Origin: Candidatus Latescibacterota bacterium
GTDB lineage: Bacteria > Latescibacterota > UBA2968 > GCA-2709665
DNA length: 64,000 nt
Direction of reading: 5' to 3'
Assembly (NCBI GenBank): GCA_965203805.1
Contig: OZ241917.1
Span: forward strand, 2,976,001 to 3,040,000
Position numbers and translations under genes: made by a program. The number at the start of each line of letters is the position of its first letter. Position 1 is the stretch's first letter. Positions 30,329 through 40,546 of this stretch are shown here, one piece after another. The notes under the pieces are model-generated. The model was not told the DNA's origin and ran no database searches. It saw only the letters and a program-made list of their open reading frames with translations.

Positions 30329-30630
30329 CTCGTTACGACCCACGGTTTGATCATCAATAGGCCTCGGTTGATCTCCGCGGGTCGCTGCAGCGGACTGTTC
30401 TACAGTTTCAATCTGATCAAGGTACCATGTAGTAGTGCAGTCCAATGGGCTATGGCTGCAACCAAATGCGGCAATTCCCCTCCCTACATCTTTCAAAGCG
30501 GATGTATTAGTCTATTTTAATTTTCAATTTTGAATTAGCCTATTCTTATGCGTTCCGGCACCGTACAGCAGCGCGTCACAGTCCCTGGCGCAGGCGTTTC
30601 TTGATCTGATTGAGTACAGAAAGGGCGGAT

Positions 30631-31899
30631 ATGGATCTGGACCGGGTTGTCACGCAGCTGGGAATCGAGCAAAGCCGGGAGGTCCTCGAGCCGGAATGGG
30701 AGGTCTCCCGGAATGCGATGCCGGACGGCAATGTCGGTTTTCTGTCGCCTGCGTTCGTGAACGAGGCCTGCCGGGGGATTTTTCTGCCGGACGATATCGT
30801 GCAGGCTGCGGTCGCCGCGGCGGCCCGTGTCGCAGAAAGCCCCGCGATGCGCGCATTGGCCTGGCACTGCCACTGGTGCCTCTACCACGTGGACGGATAT
30901 CCCAGCCGTCAGGCCGATCACTGGCCGTGTCTGGCGGGCCCGCTCGGGGAGCTGTCAGGCTTCTTCTACCTGCTGGTTCTGCTGTCACGCGTTCCTGAGA
31001 TGCGAGCGTTACACCGGGAGCACGAAGTTCCCGAGCGGATCGTGCGCGACAGCATGGATCAGATTTACCTGAGAGGCGTCGCGTGCAGCGAAATCTTCGG
31101 CCGGTGGGGCCTGGACGGACACGGCGCCCGCTGGCTGGCCAATTTCCTTCGCGGGGATATCTACGCCCTGGGCCGGCTCGAACATCAGTTCAACGTGATG
31201 AACGACCCGTTTCGCGTCTATCGCCACCGGAAGTCGTCCGCGATCATCGCACTGAGCGAGGACGGCGTCGCGTATCGTCCGGACGGCCAACGGCAACGCG
31301 GCGGAGACCCGCCGGCGGCGTGGACCTCCCGGCTGCATGTCACGGGAGACAGGATTGCCGGTCACCCGATCCTCCCCACCGGCAGCGCCAGCGCGGAGAT
31401 GGTGACCCTTGCCGCACCCGACTGGATTCCCGTGCTCGAACCCGGAGACCCGGTCCTGTACTTTCACATTCCGGGCGGAATCCCGCTGGAGCATGCCGCG
31501 TGCGGGGATTCCTTCAGGGAGGCAATGGACTTCTTCCCCCGCCATTTTTCAGATCGCCCGTACAGAGCATTCTTCTGCGGTTCCTGGTTGCTGGACACCC
31601 AGCTGGAAGACTGGCTGCCGGCGGGGTCGAATCTGGTGCGTTTCCTGCGGGAGTTCTACCTGGTGCCCGGCGGCATTTCCCATCGGTCCATTCTGCAAAC
31701 GGTATTCGGGAACGCGGCGGACGATCTGAGCAGAGCGCCTGAAGACACGTCGCTCCAGCGGGCAATGCTGAGACATGTGTCCTCGGGCCGGCCCATCGAT
31801 CCCCGCGCCGGGAAATGCTTTATGTTCCCTGAAGACCTGGACTGGGGTCGCCAGGTGTACCGAACGTCGAAGTTTCCGTGGCATCTGGTCGGTGACTGA
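30631..31899 (+). CDS. Acyltransferase-domain protein (DUF5596/GNAT-like)
   Basis: 'YALGRLEH', 'FHIPGG.PL', 'FF..HF', 'CGSWLLD..L', 'SNLVRF', 'DTSLQRA'. Confidence 0.7.
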   Translation: MDLDRVVTQLGIEQSREVLEPEWEVSRNAMPDGNVGFLSPAFVNEACRGIFLPDDIVQAAVAAAARVAESPAMRALAWHCHWCLYHVDGYPSRQADHWPCLAGPLGELSGFFYLLVLLSRVPEMRALHREHEVPERIVRDSMDQIYLRGVACSEIFGRWGLDGHGARWLANFLRGDIYALGRLEHQFNVMNDPFRVYRHRKSSAIIALSEDGVAYRPDGQRQRGGDPPAAWTSRLHVTGDRIAGHPILPTGSASAEMVTLAAPDWIPVLEPGDPVLYFHIPGGIPLEHAACGDSFREAMDFFPRHFSDRPYRAFFCGSWLLDTQLEDWLPAGSNLVRFLREFYLVPGGISHRSILQTVFGNAADDLSRAPEDTSLQRAMLRHVSSGRPIDPRAGKCFMFPEDLDWGRQVYRTSKFPWHLVGD

Positions 31900-31957
31900 T
31901 TTGATCTGCGCGGCGGCGTCGGCCGTGAGGCGCGAACGGAACCAAAAGGAGGTCGAA

Positions 31958-33088
31958 ATGGAGCGGTTCGGTCAGCTTGAACTGGACTACCTGGCGAGAG
32001 TGATCGCCAGCGGTACGCTGAACAGCAAAACAGGCAAGTACACTTCCCAGCTCGAAGAGCGATTCGCCAAATGGGTCGGCGCCGAATACGCCGTGGCGAT
32101 GAACAGCGCGATGAGCGTGCTGCACACGGCCGTGGCGGCGGCGGGCGTTGGACCGGGCGTGGAGGTCATATGCGACCCGGTGGTCCACTTCGGCGGCGCG
32201 GCGGTGATGTATCACAACGGGGTGCCGGTATTCTGCGATATCATAGAGGATAGCTGGAATATGGATCCCGAATCGCTGGAGGCGTCCATCACGGAACACA
32301 CGGGCGCCGTCATCTGCACGCCGATGTGGGGCAACCCGCCGGATTACGACGGGATTCTCCGGGTGGCGGACCGGTACGGCCTGCCCGTGATCGAGGACGT
32401 GGCGCATGGGGTCGGGGGTTCGTACCGCGGCAGGCCGCTGGGAACGCTTGGGTCGATCGGATCGTACAGCTTTCAGGAGGCCAAACACCTCACCAGCGGC
32501 GACGGCGGCATGGCGGTGACCGACCGAACCGAAATGCTGCAGAAGATGCTCGAGATGAGGATCATCAAGACGTCGCTCGGCTGGAATTACCGCATGACGG
32601 AACTGCAGGCCGGTGTGATGCTGGCGCAGATGGACCGGGCGGACGACATCATCGCGGCGCATCACAGGGCCGGGGCCCTCTACCGCGAGGCCGCGAAGGA
32701 ATCCCCCTGGCTCGTTCCCCAGCGCGTCGAAGATGAATGTGTCCATGCCTATCACGCCGTAGCCTTTCGTTTCGAAGGTGACCGCGTGGGGATTCCCGTG
32801 GAGCGTTTTCAGAAGACCATGGCCGATCACGGCTGTCCGGTTTCGATCGGGTACAAGCGACGCTCCGCCGCTGAGGATCCGATCTTCACGGAGGTCCTGG
32901 CCTATGGCAAAGGGTGCCCGATCCGGTGCCCCCATTACAAGGGCAACGCGCGCTACGGACCAGGCGTGACGCCCGTGGCCGACCGCGCCGTGCCCCGCAT
33001 GGTCGTGATGCCGATGGACGTTTATACACCGGGGAAGACTGAGGAGTACGCGGAACGGATCCAGGCGGGGTTGAACGCGCTTGCGTGA
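31958..33088 (+). CDS. DegT/DnrJ/EryC1/StrS PLP-dependent aminotransferase
   Basis: 'VIEDVAH', 'YSFQEAKHLTSGDGG', 'GWNYRMTELQA'; AAGGAGG RBS. Confidence 0.9.
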   Translation: MERFGQLELDYLARVIASGTLNSKTGKYTSQLEERFAKWVGAEYAVAMNSAMSVLHTAVAAAGVGPGVEVICDPVVHFGGAAVMYHNGVPVFCDIIEDSWNMDPESLEASITEHTGAVICTPMWGNPPDYDGILRVADRYGLPVIEDVAHGVGGSYRGRPLGTLGSIGSYSFQEAKHLTSGDGGMAVTDRTEMLQKMLEMRIIKTSLGWNYRMTELQAGVMLAQMDRADDIIAAHHRAGALYREAAKESPWLVPQRVEDECVHAYHAVAFRFEGDRVGIPVERFQKTMADHGCPVSIGYKRRSAAEDPIFTEVLAYGKGCPIRCPHYKGNARYGPGVTPVADRAVPRMVVMPMDVYTPGKTEEYAERIQAGLNALA

Positions 33089-33171
33089 TCGATGGACGAG
33101 GGTGTCCAGTTCTGGATCGGTTCCATTACTTGGTGGGGATCCGGCAGCCACGACGGATCGAGCTCCGGAAT

Positions 33172-34110
33172 CTACTGATAAAGCCTTTCCAGCTTGAAAT
33201 TTCCAATGTCCTCCGACTCGACTGCACGGATGATCTGTTCCCTGGTTGAACCGACAAATGTAAACGGGCGGGATAATCGTACCAGGAGTGCGAACCGGTA
33301 CATCTCCATGTCTATCTCCCCATATCCCTCCAGTATATGATCTCGCGTCCATGACAGCCCAAAGCGCATGCCCCAGCACTCCCAATTTGTGAAGTCCCAC
33401 ATTGGCCAGCCTACACCGATCTCCTCCACGTCGACAAACCCGGCGACTTTCGGCTTCGGACGATCAGAGACGATGATATTGCTGAAATGGGTATCCGTAA
33501 AACACAGCGTCCTGGTCAATTCTCCGGGAATGGACGCAGCGTATTTCTCAAACAGTCGATGGTATTTTCTTTCGAAATCCTTATTGATCACCCCCGCCTC
33601 ACGAAGCTGCCCGACGAAATCCTCCATGCGCTGATACGCGCCTGCTCTCGTGTGCTTGAAAATATACTCCGGGACCGGCGCGGCCACGTTTACCTGGTGC
33701 AGGCGGCGCAGCGCCCGACCCAGTTCTCGACAAAGCGCGTGGCTCTTCTCTCCCGGTCCTTCTCTTCTGATGATCTCGGATGAGGGCACAGCCTCAATCC
33801 AGGATATCAGCAGACAGCCGTTCGGAAAATCCGAATCGGGTTCAATCGTTGCCTCTACGTGCGGACATGGCACGCCCCCCTTGCGCAACTGCTCGTACGC
33901 CCATTTTTGCCGAAGAAGTGGGATTGGACCGTCTTCGATTCGAAGTAGATGTCGTCGCCCTGACTTGCACGTCACCAACACGTCATCTCGTTCGTCTTTT
34001 ACTGGGGCAACGGATTCGACAGGAGATTTGTCGATGGACTCGATCAGGGCCTGCAGTTTGGAATTGAGAGGGCTTCTGGGCGATGTCATCGCGGGTCTTT
34101 GCGAAGGCAT
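33172..34110 (-). CDS. Aminoglycoside phosphotransferase-like kinase
   Basis: 'GVPCPHV', 'LGRALRRLH', 'TDTHFSNII', 'FVDVEE...G.P.WD'; start uncertain. Confidence 0.7.
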   Translation of the reverse strand: MPSQRPAMTSPRSPLNSKLQALIESIDKSPVESVAPVKDERDDVLVTCKSGRRHLLRIEDGPIPLLRQKWAYEQLRKGGVPCPHVEATIEPDSDFPNGCLLISWIEAVPSSEIIRREGPGEKSHALCRELGRALRRLHQVNVAAPVPEYIFKHTRAGAYQRMEDFVGQLREAGVINKDFERKYHRLFEKYAASIPGELTRTLCFTDTHFSNIIVSDRPKPKVAGFVDVEEIGVGWPMWDFTNWECWGMRFGLSWTRDHILEGYGEIDMEMYRFALLVRLSRPFTFVGSTREQIIRAVESEDIGNFKLERLYQ

Positions 34111-34200
34111 ACGGCGCCAATCGAGTTCACCAAGGTTGAATTTCGGCGAAAACCGCCACTTCCGTCTCAAAATGAAAATCGAGATGCCGCACCGCTATGT

Positions 34201-35061
34201 TCAATGCCCGTGCATTTCTTCCGTTCCATGAACGGCGCCGGACTCAACGAAGTAGAGGCCGTAGGCCAGACCGATTCCCACGAGAAGGGATACCATGAGT
34301 TTGCCGCGGTCGTGGCTGTGGAAGTGGATCTCGGGAAGCAAATCGCTCAGGGCAATGCACAGGAACCCGCCGGCGGCAAATGCGAGCGCATAGCCGATGA
34401 CCGAGCCGTCGTCCATGCCGAGAAGTCCCACCCCCCAAAAACCGGCAAGAGCCACAACGGGACACAATGAAGCAAACGCGACGTTTGCCACGGTGCGCGC
34501 GCGCGCGCCGTAGCCCGCGAACTTCATCATGCCGATGATGGAATACGCATCGAGGGGCTTGTGAAGCACAATGGCCAGGAATACGCCGAGCGCCGGCAGC
34601 GCCCCGCCGTCTTCGTGTGGCGAACTCACCCGCATGCTGGTGCCCAGGGCGACGCCTTCCGTTACGGTATGCACCCCGAGGCCCATGGCGACCCCGAACA
34701 TGCTCCGCGTCTGCGCGCCCGAATGTCTGTGGACATGATGGTCGTACAGTTCGCCCGCCTCGGAGCTGAAGTCGTGCTGATGGAAATGGAAGATGCGCAG
34801 CAGGAAGATCATCAGGATCATACCGAAGACCACGCACGCCACGGCTTTCTCGACATTTCCGGGTCCGCTGATCCGTTCAAGACTGTGAGGGAATAGATGG
34901 TACATGGCGATTCCCAGGACAAAACCCGCCACGAGGCTCATCAGGATCTGTATCCGCGTGTGGGTCATGGATCCCAGAACGGCCAGTCTCCCGCCGACAA
35001 AGGAAACGGCAAAGATGCCGAGTGAATATCCGGAAATGATCAATAGCCCGTCGTAATCCAC
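34201..35061 (-). CDS. ZIP family metal transporter
   Basis: His-rich loop, 'HTVTEG.ALG', 'LHKPLD', 'SDLLPE'. Confidence 0.9.
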   Translation of the reverse strand: MDYDGLLIISGYSLGIFAVSFVGGRLAVLGSMTHTRIQILMSLVAGFVLGIAMYHLFPHSLERISGPGNVEKAVACVVFGMILMIFLLRIFHFHQHDFSSEAGELYDHHVHRHSGAQTRSMFGVAMGLGVHTVTEGVALGTSMRVSSPHEDGGALPALGVFLAIVLHKPLDAYSIIGMMKFAGYGARARTVANVAFASLCPVVALAGFWGVGLLGMDDGSVIGYALAFAAGGFLCIALSDLLPEIHFHSHDRGKLMVSLLVGIGLAYGLYFVESGAVHGTEEMHGH

Positions 35062-35275
35062 AAAACCCTCACCTCAGAATTGCCTTTCGAAGCCGAGAAG
35101 TCCTCTCACGCATCGACCGGTGTAATCGCAATTCCGGCGCATGATTGCCGGGTGCCGGACCGGGAAATCCCACGAGAAGCGGCGGTATCCCAAGATACGT
35201 TTCTTCATTGTAATTTTTCAGGGGCAACCCCCGGAGCATCCTGCCCATCGGCGTGCCTGGAGAAACGACCTCCCT

Positions 35276-36598
35276 TCAGCTCCGGTTGCGGGTCAGCCGA
35301 TCCCAGGCCGCGCGCCAGCGCTTCGACAGGGGCCGGATGTTCAGTACCAGGTCCTCCCATCCGCTGCGGAGCGCGCCCGCCCGGAAACGCCAGATGATGA
35401 GCGCGACGAGAATGAGGCCCGACCCCCACTGCAGGACCTGTATCGTCGGCGATTCGGAGGGGCCGAGGTACACCGGAATCGTAAAACCGGTGACCAGCAA
35501 CAGCGCGTCGATCACGATTCCGAGAGCAACCGTCACCGCGACAACCGCCGCGACGTATATGGTCGCAAAACGTGCGCCGAACTGGCTGACGATGATCGCG
35601 ATCGTACCGGTATTCGTGGCCGGCCCGGTCATCAGGAAAATCAGCGCCGCCCCGGGACTGAATCCCTTGGCGACGAGGGCCGCCGCAATCGGCGTGCTCG
35701 CGGATGCGCAGATATATAGCGGAACGCCGACCAGCACCATCACGGGATAGGAGATCCAGCGGGCGTATTCGTTCGTCATCAGATCACCCGGTATCACCAG
35801 AAAGAGCACCCCGCCCAGGGCTATGCCAACCAGCAGCGCGAAGAGGATGTCGTCCGCAATCTCTACGAACCCGTAGTGAAAGACGTGCTTCACCAGCCTC
35901 TTGAAATCCAGCGCCTGATCGTCGGGAGACGACGATGCCTTTCCGGCCTCGGACGCATCCGGCGCGTCGCGGTAAAAGGCCGGCTTCATCCAGGAAAGGG
36001 CCGGCCATCGGCCGGCCCTTCTCGCGGCGTTCTTCAGCCATTGCACGAAAAGGTCCTTCAGTCGCGAGAAGCTGACATAGCAGTCGTCTGTCTCAGGAAT
36101 GAGGGGTTCGTGCGAACAGTGGTCGTGATCATGGTCATGGTCGTCGTGACAATGGTCCGACCCGGGTTCTTCCTGGCCGTTGCGTATAAGGCCGATGCAG
36201 AAGATGCCGGCGACGCAGGCCGTGATGAAACTGATGAGGGGACGGACGACCGCTGCGACGAAGCCGAAAAAGGCGTTTGTGACCAGGATCGAGTCCGCGC
36301 CCGTCTCCGGAGCGGTTATCAGGAAGGACATGCAGGCCGAACGGGACGCACCCTTGCGGCGCATCTCTGCAACCACAGGCACGACGGAACAACTGCACAA
36401 AGGCACGGGTACGCCGACGGCCGAACTCACGGCAACGGATTTCAGGCTGTCGTCCTTGAGCCACCGGAGGATGGCCTGACGGGAGATGAACACGTGGATG
36501 AGACCTGAGAGGAACAAGCCCAGCAGCAGCATGGGCGCAAGCAACAGGGACGACATCCAGAGAAAGTCGAAAAAACCGATCAATGTCTGCTGTGCCAC
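35276..36598 (-). CDS. ArsP/SO_0444-like permease (putative metal transporter)
   Basis: 'PLCSCSVVP', 'FLITAPETG', 'HCHDDHDHDHDHCSH', 'PLYICASASTP', 'GPATN'. Confidence 0.85.
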   Translation of the reverse strand: MAQQTLIGFFDFLWMSSLLLAPMLLLGLFLSGLIHVFISRQAILRWLKDDSLKSVAVSSAVGVPVPLCSCSVVPVVAEMRRKGASRSACMSFLITAPETGADSILVTNAFFGFVAAVVRPLISFITACVAGIFCIGLIRNGQEEPGSDHCHDDHDHDHDHCSHEPLIPETDDCYVSFSRLKDLFVQWLKNAARRAGRWPALSWMKPAFYRDAPDASEAGKASSSPDDQALDFKRLVKHVFHYGFVEIADDILFALLVGIALGGVLFLVIPGDLMTNEYARWISYPVMVLVGVPLYICASASTPIAAALVAKGFSPGAALIFLMTGPATNTGTIAIIVSQFGARFATIYVAAVVAVTVALGIVIDALLLVTGFTIPVYLGPSESPTIQVLQWGSGLILVALIIWRFRAGALRSGWEDLVLNIRPLSKRWRAAWDRLTRNRS

Positions 36599-36758
36599 GC
36601 AATCGTCTCCACAGCATCGGGGGATGCGAGGGGCCGCCCTGCAGGCGTTTCAGAGACCTGCAGCGGAAGGCGCCGTTCAATGCGACACACGCTCGGTTGT
36701 GCCGGCCGGCCTGTCCATGGATACAAAAGTCCGATCCCCTTCAGGGACCGGAGCGGCA

Positions 36759-36787
36759 AAAATACTGATTATCGAATTTCGAGTCAA
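36759..36787 (-). promoter_or_regulatory. Sigma70-type promoter with overlapping Fur-family-like box
   Basis: TTGACT-N17-TATTTT; spacer and -10 contain GATAATCAGTAT; second candidate TTGACA-N18-TAGTAT at 36795-36824. Confidence 0.5.
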
Positions 36788-36820
36788 GGACGACATACTA
36801 TTTAGTATAAAAACGGGCTG

Positions 36821-37588
36821 TCAAAGCGTCTCCTGAGCAGTACCCCTGACATAGCGCGGTCGGTTGTGAACCGGTCGGAACCCGATGCGCCGGTATACGC
36901 TTTCGGCGGCGCTGCCGGCAGCCACTTCGAGCCCGGTCCATCGATTGCCCATCGCATACGAGTCCGCAACCGTTCGAGCGGTCATCGCGGACGCCACGCC
37001 TCGGCGGCGGTATTCCGGCAACGTGCCTACGAAGTCCACGCAACCCATGCCGTATGCGGAGTAAAGCAACGTGGTTCCCGCCGGCTTACCGTCCACGGTT
37101 GCAAGGTAGAGCCGTACCTCGGGAACGTCCAGGACCATGCGTCCCAGTGCACCCACGTCGTCCGGAAAGTCGAAGCTGCGACACATGGTGTCGGCCCAGT
37201 CTTCGTACCGTCCGGGATCCTGTTCTTCAATACGCACGGATCCGGGAACGACGGGTTGTACGACCTGGTCGCACCGCATCGCCACGGCCTGCATGGCAAG
37301 ACTGAAACCGCGGCGTTCCAGCCGTTCGGCAAGATCCGAGGGCCGGTCCAGGGGCGACAGGGTGAACGCGCATTCAAAGTCCCTGGCTCTGAAATAGTCG
37401 AGCGCGCTGTCGATCATGGTGTCCACCCCTGTCTCGGTCACGTCTATCTGTACGACGCGGTGCAGCATAGGCACCCTGACGTGGTCGTTGCTGAGTGCCA
37501 GGGCCCCGCCCAGATCGTGGCAGTTGCACCAGCGCGCACGGAAGCCGATCCAGAGTTTTTCGAAAACTGATGTGAACCGGTCAGGCAC
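36821..37588 (-). CDS. GNAT family N-acetyltransferase
   Basis: 'VGTLPEYRRRGVA', 'VYRRIGF'. Confidence 0.88.
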   Translation of the reverse strand: MPDRFTSVFEKLWIGFRARWCNCHDLGGALALSNDHVRVPMLHRVVQIDVTETGVDTMIDSALDYFRARDFECAFTLSPLDRPSDLAERLERRGFSLAMQAVAMRCDQVVQPVVPGSVRIEEQDPGRYEDWADTMCRSFDFPDDVGALGRMVLDVPEVRLYLATVDGKPAGTTLLYSAYGMGCVDFVGTLPEYRRRGVASAMTARTVADSYAMGNRWTGLEVAAGSAAESVYRRIGFRPVHNRPRYVRGTAQETL

Positions 37589-37865
37589 GGGACTTTAGAC
37601 CCTCCGGGATTCTGTTCCGTTTCGCGGCGCCGGCGCCAACGTGACGGCTTGCTTCCCGCTGACTACCAGTCGAATTCAAGCTGACATCCTTTGCGATCGT
37701 CTGCCATATTTGTATATTATCTTGCTTCTGAAAGCGGGTCGGCCAACCGGGATTTGCAACTTCTCGCCCTGTGTTCCGTATAATGGTCGCATCGGATCAC
37801 CGTTCCGCCCGGGTGGGAGATTTTGCCGGTCCCTTCAACAGACGCGGAAAACGAGGTCTTGCAAT

Positions 37866-38876
37866 ATGAGATTTGTCGTAACCGGCAGCAACGGCTTCAT
37901 CGGCCAGAATTCATGCCGCCGCCTGGCCGCGCTCGGACACGAAGTCATTGGTGTGGACGATCTGTCTTCCGGGACCCCTCCCAACGGCGTGAACGGCATT
38001 CGGTACCACACTCGCAGCGTTGTGGATGCGGATTGGCTCGTGGGACTCCTGAAAGACACGGTCCCGGACGCGATCCTTCACCTGGCGGCAAAGCCGAGGG
38101 TCCCGTATTCGGTGCGGAATCCGCTGCGCAGCGCCGAGGCGAACGCGATGGGAACGCTGTCTGTTCTCAACGGGATTCTAAAGGCTGAACTGACAGAGAA
38201 AACCCGGCTGGTTTTCGCCAGCAGCAGCGCGGTTTTCGGCGACGCGACGGCCCTCCCGACACCGGAGACATACCCCTCGAATCCACAGTCGCCGTACGCG
38301 CTGGCAAAGCTCCAGGGCGAGCAGTGGTGCGACCTGTTTCATCGCTTGTACGGCCTGGACGTGGTGAGCCTGCGGTATTTCAATGTGTTCGGACCCGGCG
38401 CGCTCTACGGGGGCGCCTATTCCACGGTCCTTTCGGCCTGGCCCTACCATCTTTTCGTAGATCCTTCCAACCGGCCCTTCCTGGAGGGCGACGGAACCCA
38501 GACACGTGACTTCTGCTTTGTCGACAACGTCGTCGAGGCGAATATCGCCGCGGCCACCCGGGAACACGGCTTCGCGGCGGACGTTCTGAACGTGGGACAG
38601 GGCGAGGCCCACACCCTGCTTGAGGTCAAGGGAATTCTGGAGGAAGTCGCCGGCAGGAAGCTCAATCTTGAACGCCGGCCGCCCCGCGTCGGCGACGTTG
38701 CCCACACCCTGGCCGACATCAAGCGCGCGCGGTCGGAACTCGGGTTCGAACCGTCGACCGACTTCACCACCCAGGTGGAAACAACGGCGATATGGTTCCG
38801 CGATTGTTATCCGCTGCGGCGGTCGGACAATTACGGCGAGAAGAAGAGAGATAAGGCGGGCACGGGGAGCGGATGA
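37866..38876 (+). CDS. NAD-dependent epimerase/dehydratase (extended SDR)
   Basis: 'VTGSNGFIG', 'ASSSAV', 'YALAK', 'LRYFNVFGP', 'TRDF'. Confidence 0.9.
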   Translation: MRFVVTGSNGFIGQNSCRRLAALGHEVIGVDDLSSGTPPNGVNGIRYHTRSVVDADWLVGLLKDTVPDAILHLAAKPRVPYSVRNPLRSAEANAMGTLSVLNGILKAELTEKTRLVFASSSAVFGDATALPTPETYPSNPQSPYALAKLQGEQWCDLFHRLYGLDVVSLRYFNVFGPGALYGGAYSTVLSAWPYHLFVDPSNRPFLEGDGTQTRDFCFVDNVVEANIAAATREHGFAADVLNVGQGEAHTLLEVKGILEEVAGRKLNLERRPPRVGDVAHTLADIKRARSELGFEPSTDFTTQVETTAIWFRDCYPLRRSDNYGEKKRDKAGTGSG

Positions 38877-38926
38877 AGTCGCCGCGATGATCTGAAAGTG
38901 GGACCCAGACGCTCGGGCTGGAAGAT

Positions 38927-39003
38927 TGGTGGGCGATACTGGATTCGAACCAGTGACCTCCTGCTTGTAAGGCAGGCGCTCTAACCGGCTGAGCTAACCG
39001 CCC
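38927..39003 (-). tRNA. tRNA-Val(TAC)
   Basis: GGGCGGTTAGCTCAGCCGGTTAGAGCG-CCTGC-CTTACAA-GCAGG...GGTTCGAATCC...CGCCCACCA; 77 nt with encoded CCA. Confidence 0.97.
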
Positions 39004-39305
39004 ACGGACTTGCCGGACGCCTCGTCGGGCGGTTTTTTCGATTCGCCCAGCAGGAGGCCGAGTGGGATCAGCACGCAATACCCTATGACCAGCAGAATGG
39101 GCGCAAGCGTGAGTGACAGGAAACCGTCGACCGGGGGTTGGGACAGGCAAATGTAGCCAATCAGTATCGTCCCTGCGCCCGCTCCCAGAAAGGTCCAGTT
39201 CCTGCGGGTATAGGGCAACGGACGCCCTGCCGGCTCCCGCCGCTGTGTCTGAGCCCTGCGTCCCGTGCGGCCGCGAGGGCGTCGTCCTGGATTGCGCGTC
39301 GCCAT
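38994..39305 (-). CDS. DUF3098-like small membrane protein
   Basis: 'NWTFLGAG...IGYICL...GFLSLTLAPILLVIGY'; two TM helices. Confidence 0.7.
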   Translation of the reverse strand: MATRNPGRRPRGRTGRRAQTQRREPAGRPLPYTRRNWTFLGAGAGTILIGYICLSQPPVDGFLSLTLAPILLVIGYCVLIPLGLLLGESKKPPDEASGKSVGG

Positions 39306-39326
39306 CCGATTAACCCGTGTGGTCGA

Positions 39327-39680
39327 TTACGTGGCCCGTTTCTCCGCAATCCTCGCGGCCCTGCCCTGCAGCGCGCGCAGGTAGGTAATGCGATTCCTGC
39401 GGACCTTACCGCTCCGAATCAGCTCGACGCTTGCAACCCGCGGTGAATGGAGCGGGAAAATCCTTTCAACGCCCACACCGCCCACCACCATCTTTCGTAC
39501 GGTAAATGTCTCGTGGATCCCGTGGCCCCGACGCTGGATCACCACGCCTTCGAACAACTGCGTGCGCTCCTTCTCGCCTTCCACAACCCGCACGTGCACC
39601 CGCACGGTGTCCCCGGCCCCGAATGCCGGCACGTCGGACTTGATCTGTTCCTCCGATAACGACCTCAACAAAGCATCCAT
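39327..39680 (-). CDS. rplS: 50S ribosomal protein L19
   Basis: '[25 protein letters not shown]', 'GVERIFP', 'GKVRR..I.YLR'. Confidence 0.97.
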   Translation of the reverse strand: MDALLRSLSEEQIKSDVPAFGAGDTVRVHVRVVEGEKERTQLFEGVVIQRRGHGIHETFTVRKMVVGGVGVERIFPLHSPRVASVELIRSGKVRRNRITYLRALQGRAARIAEKRAT

Positions 39681-39769
39681 GACAACACTCCTGAAACGAT
39701 GAAATTCGTCCTTGGAAAAACTGACGCCGTAATCCATTCTGAATGCGCCGTTAAAATCCCGCCAGGGGA

Positions 39770-40507
39770 TTATCTCCCGTGCCCGCCGGCATTGTGGTTT
39801 CCTGCACTGGAGCCGTAGCCGGACTCTCTGATATTGTAAAGGTCCGGACGCCGTTTCCGGGTCCGTTCTACCGCCGCGTCGTGCCGCCATTTTGCAATCT
39901 GCCGATGGTCGCCGCTCAACAGAACATCCGGAACCCGCAGCCCTTCGAACTCCCTGGGTCTTGTATACCACGGACAATCCAGAAGTCCGTTCTGAAACGA
40001 ATCCTCCAGGGCGGATTCCGCATCTCCCATCGCCCCGGGGATCAATCGCACGATCGCATCCATCAGCGCCAGCGCGGGCAATTCGCCGCCACTCAAGACG
40101 TAATCGCCAACAGAAATCTCTTCGGTCACATACAACTCGCGAACCCGTTCGTCGATTCCCCTGTACCGCCCGCACAAAAACACCAGATTCGGCGCGAGGG
40201 AAAGTCGGTTTACCGTCTTCTGATCCAGCCGCTTCCCCTCCGGCGTCAGAAATATCACGTGCTCCAGCGGCCGCCCTGCCTCCTGAATGGCCCCCAGCGC
40301 CCGCGCGATCGGTCCCGGCATGAACACCATACCCGCGCCGCCGCCGCAGGGTGTGTCGTCAACCGTACGGTGCAAGTCGTCGGTAAAGTCCCGCAGATCG
40401 TGCGCAACGACGTCAACCAGACCCGACCGTATCGCACGACCCGAAATTCCGTACGTAACGACGTCACGGATCAGATTCGGAAATATGGTGAGGAAGTCGA
40501 TGTGCAT
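39770..40507 (-). CDS. trmD: tRNA (guanine-37-N1)-methyltransferase
   Basis: 'VDDTP.GGGAGM', 'LCGRY.GIDER', '[11 protein letters not shown]', 'YTRP', 'LLSGDH'. Confidence 0.96.
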   Translation of the reverse strand: MHIDFLTIFPNLIRDVVTYGISGRAIRSGLVDVVAHDLRDFTDDLHRTVDDTPCGGGAGMVFMPGPIARALGAIQEAGRPLEHVIFLTPEGKRLDQKTVNRLSLAPNLVFLCGRYRGIDERVRELYVTEEISVGDYVLSGGELPALALMDAIVRLIPGAMGDAESALEDSFQNGLLDCPWYTRPREFEGLRVPDVLLSGDHRQIAKWRHDAAVERTRKRRPDLYNIRESGYGSSAGNHNAGGHGR

Positions 40508-40546
40508 CGCGGCGTTTCCCGGCATGTCGCGTTCTGGCCTGGAACC

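Noticed and set aside
30299-30600. 65-aa minus ORF and AT-rich stretch
   Set aside because: No recognisable family; probably promoter or decayed sequence
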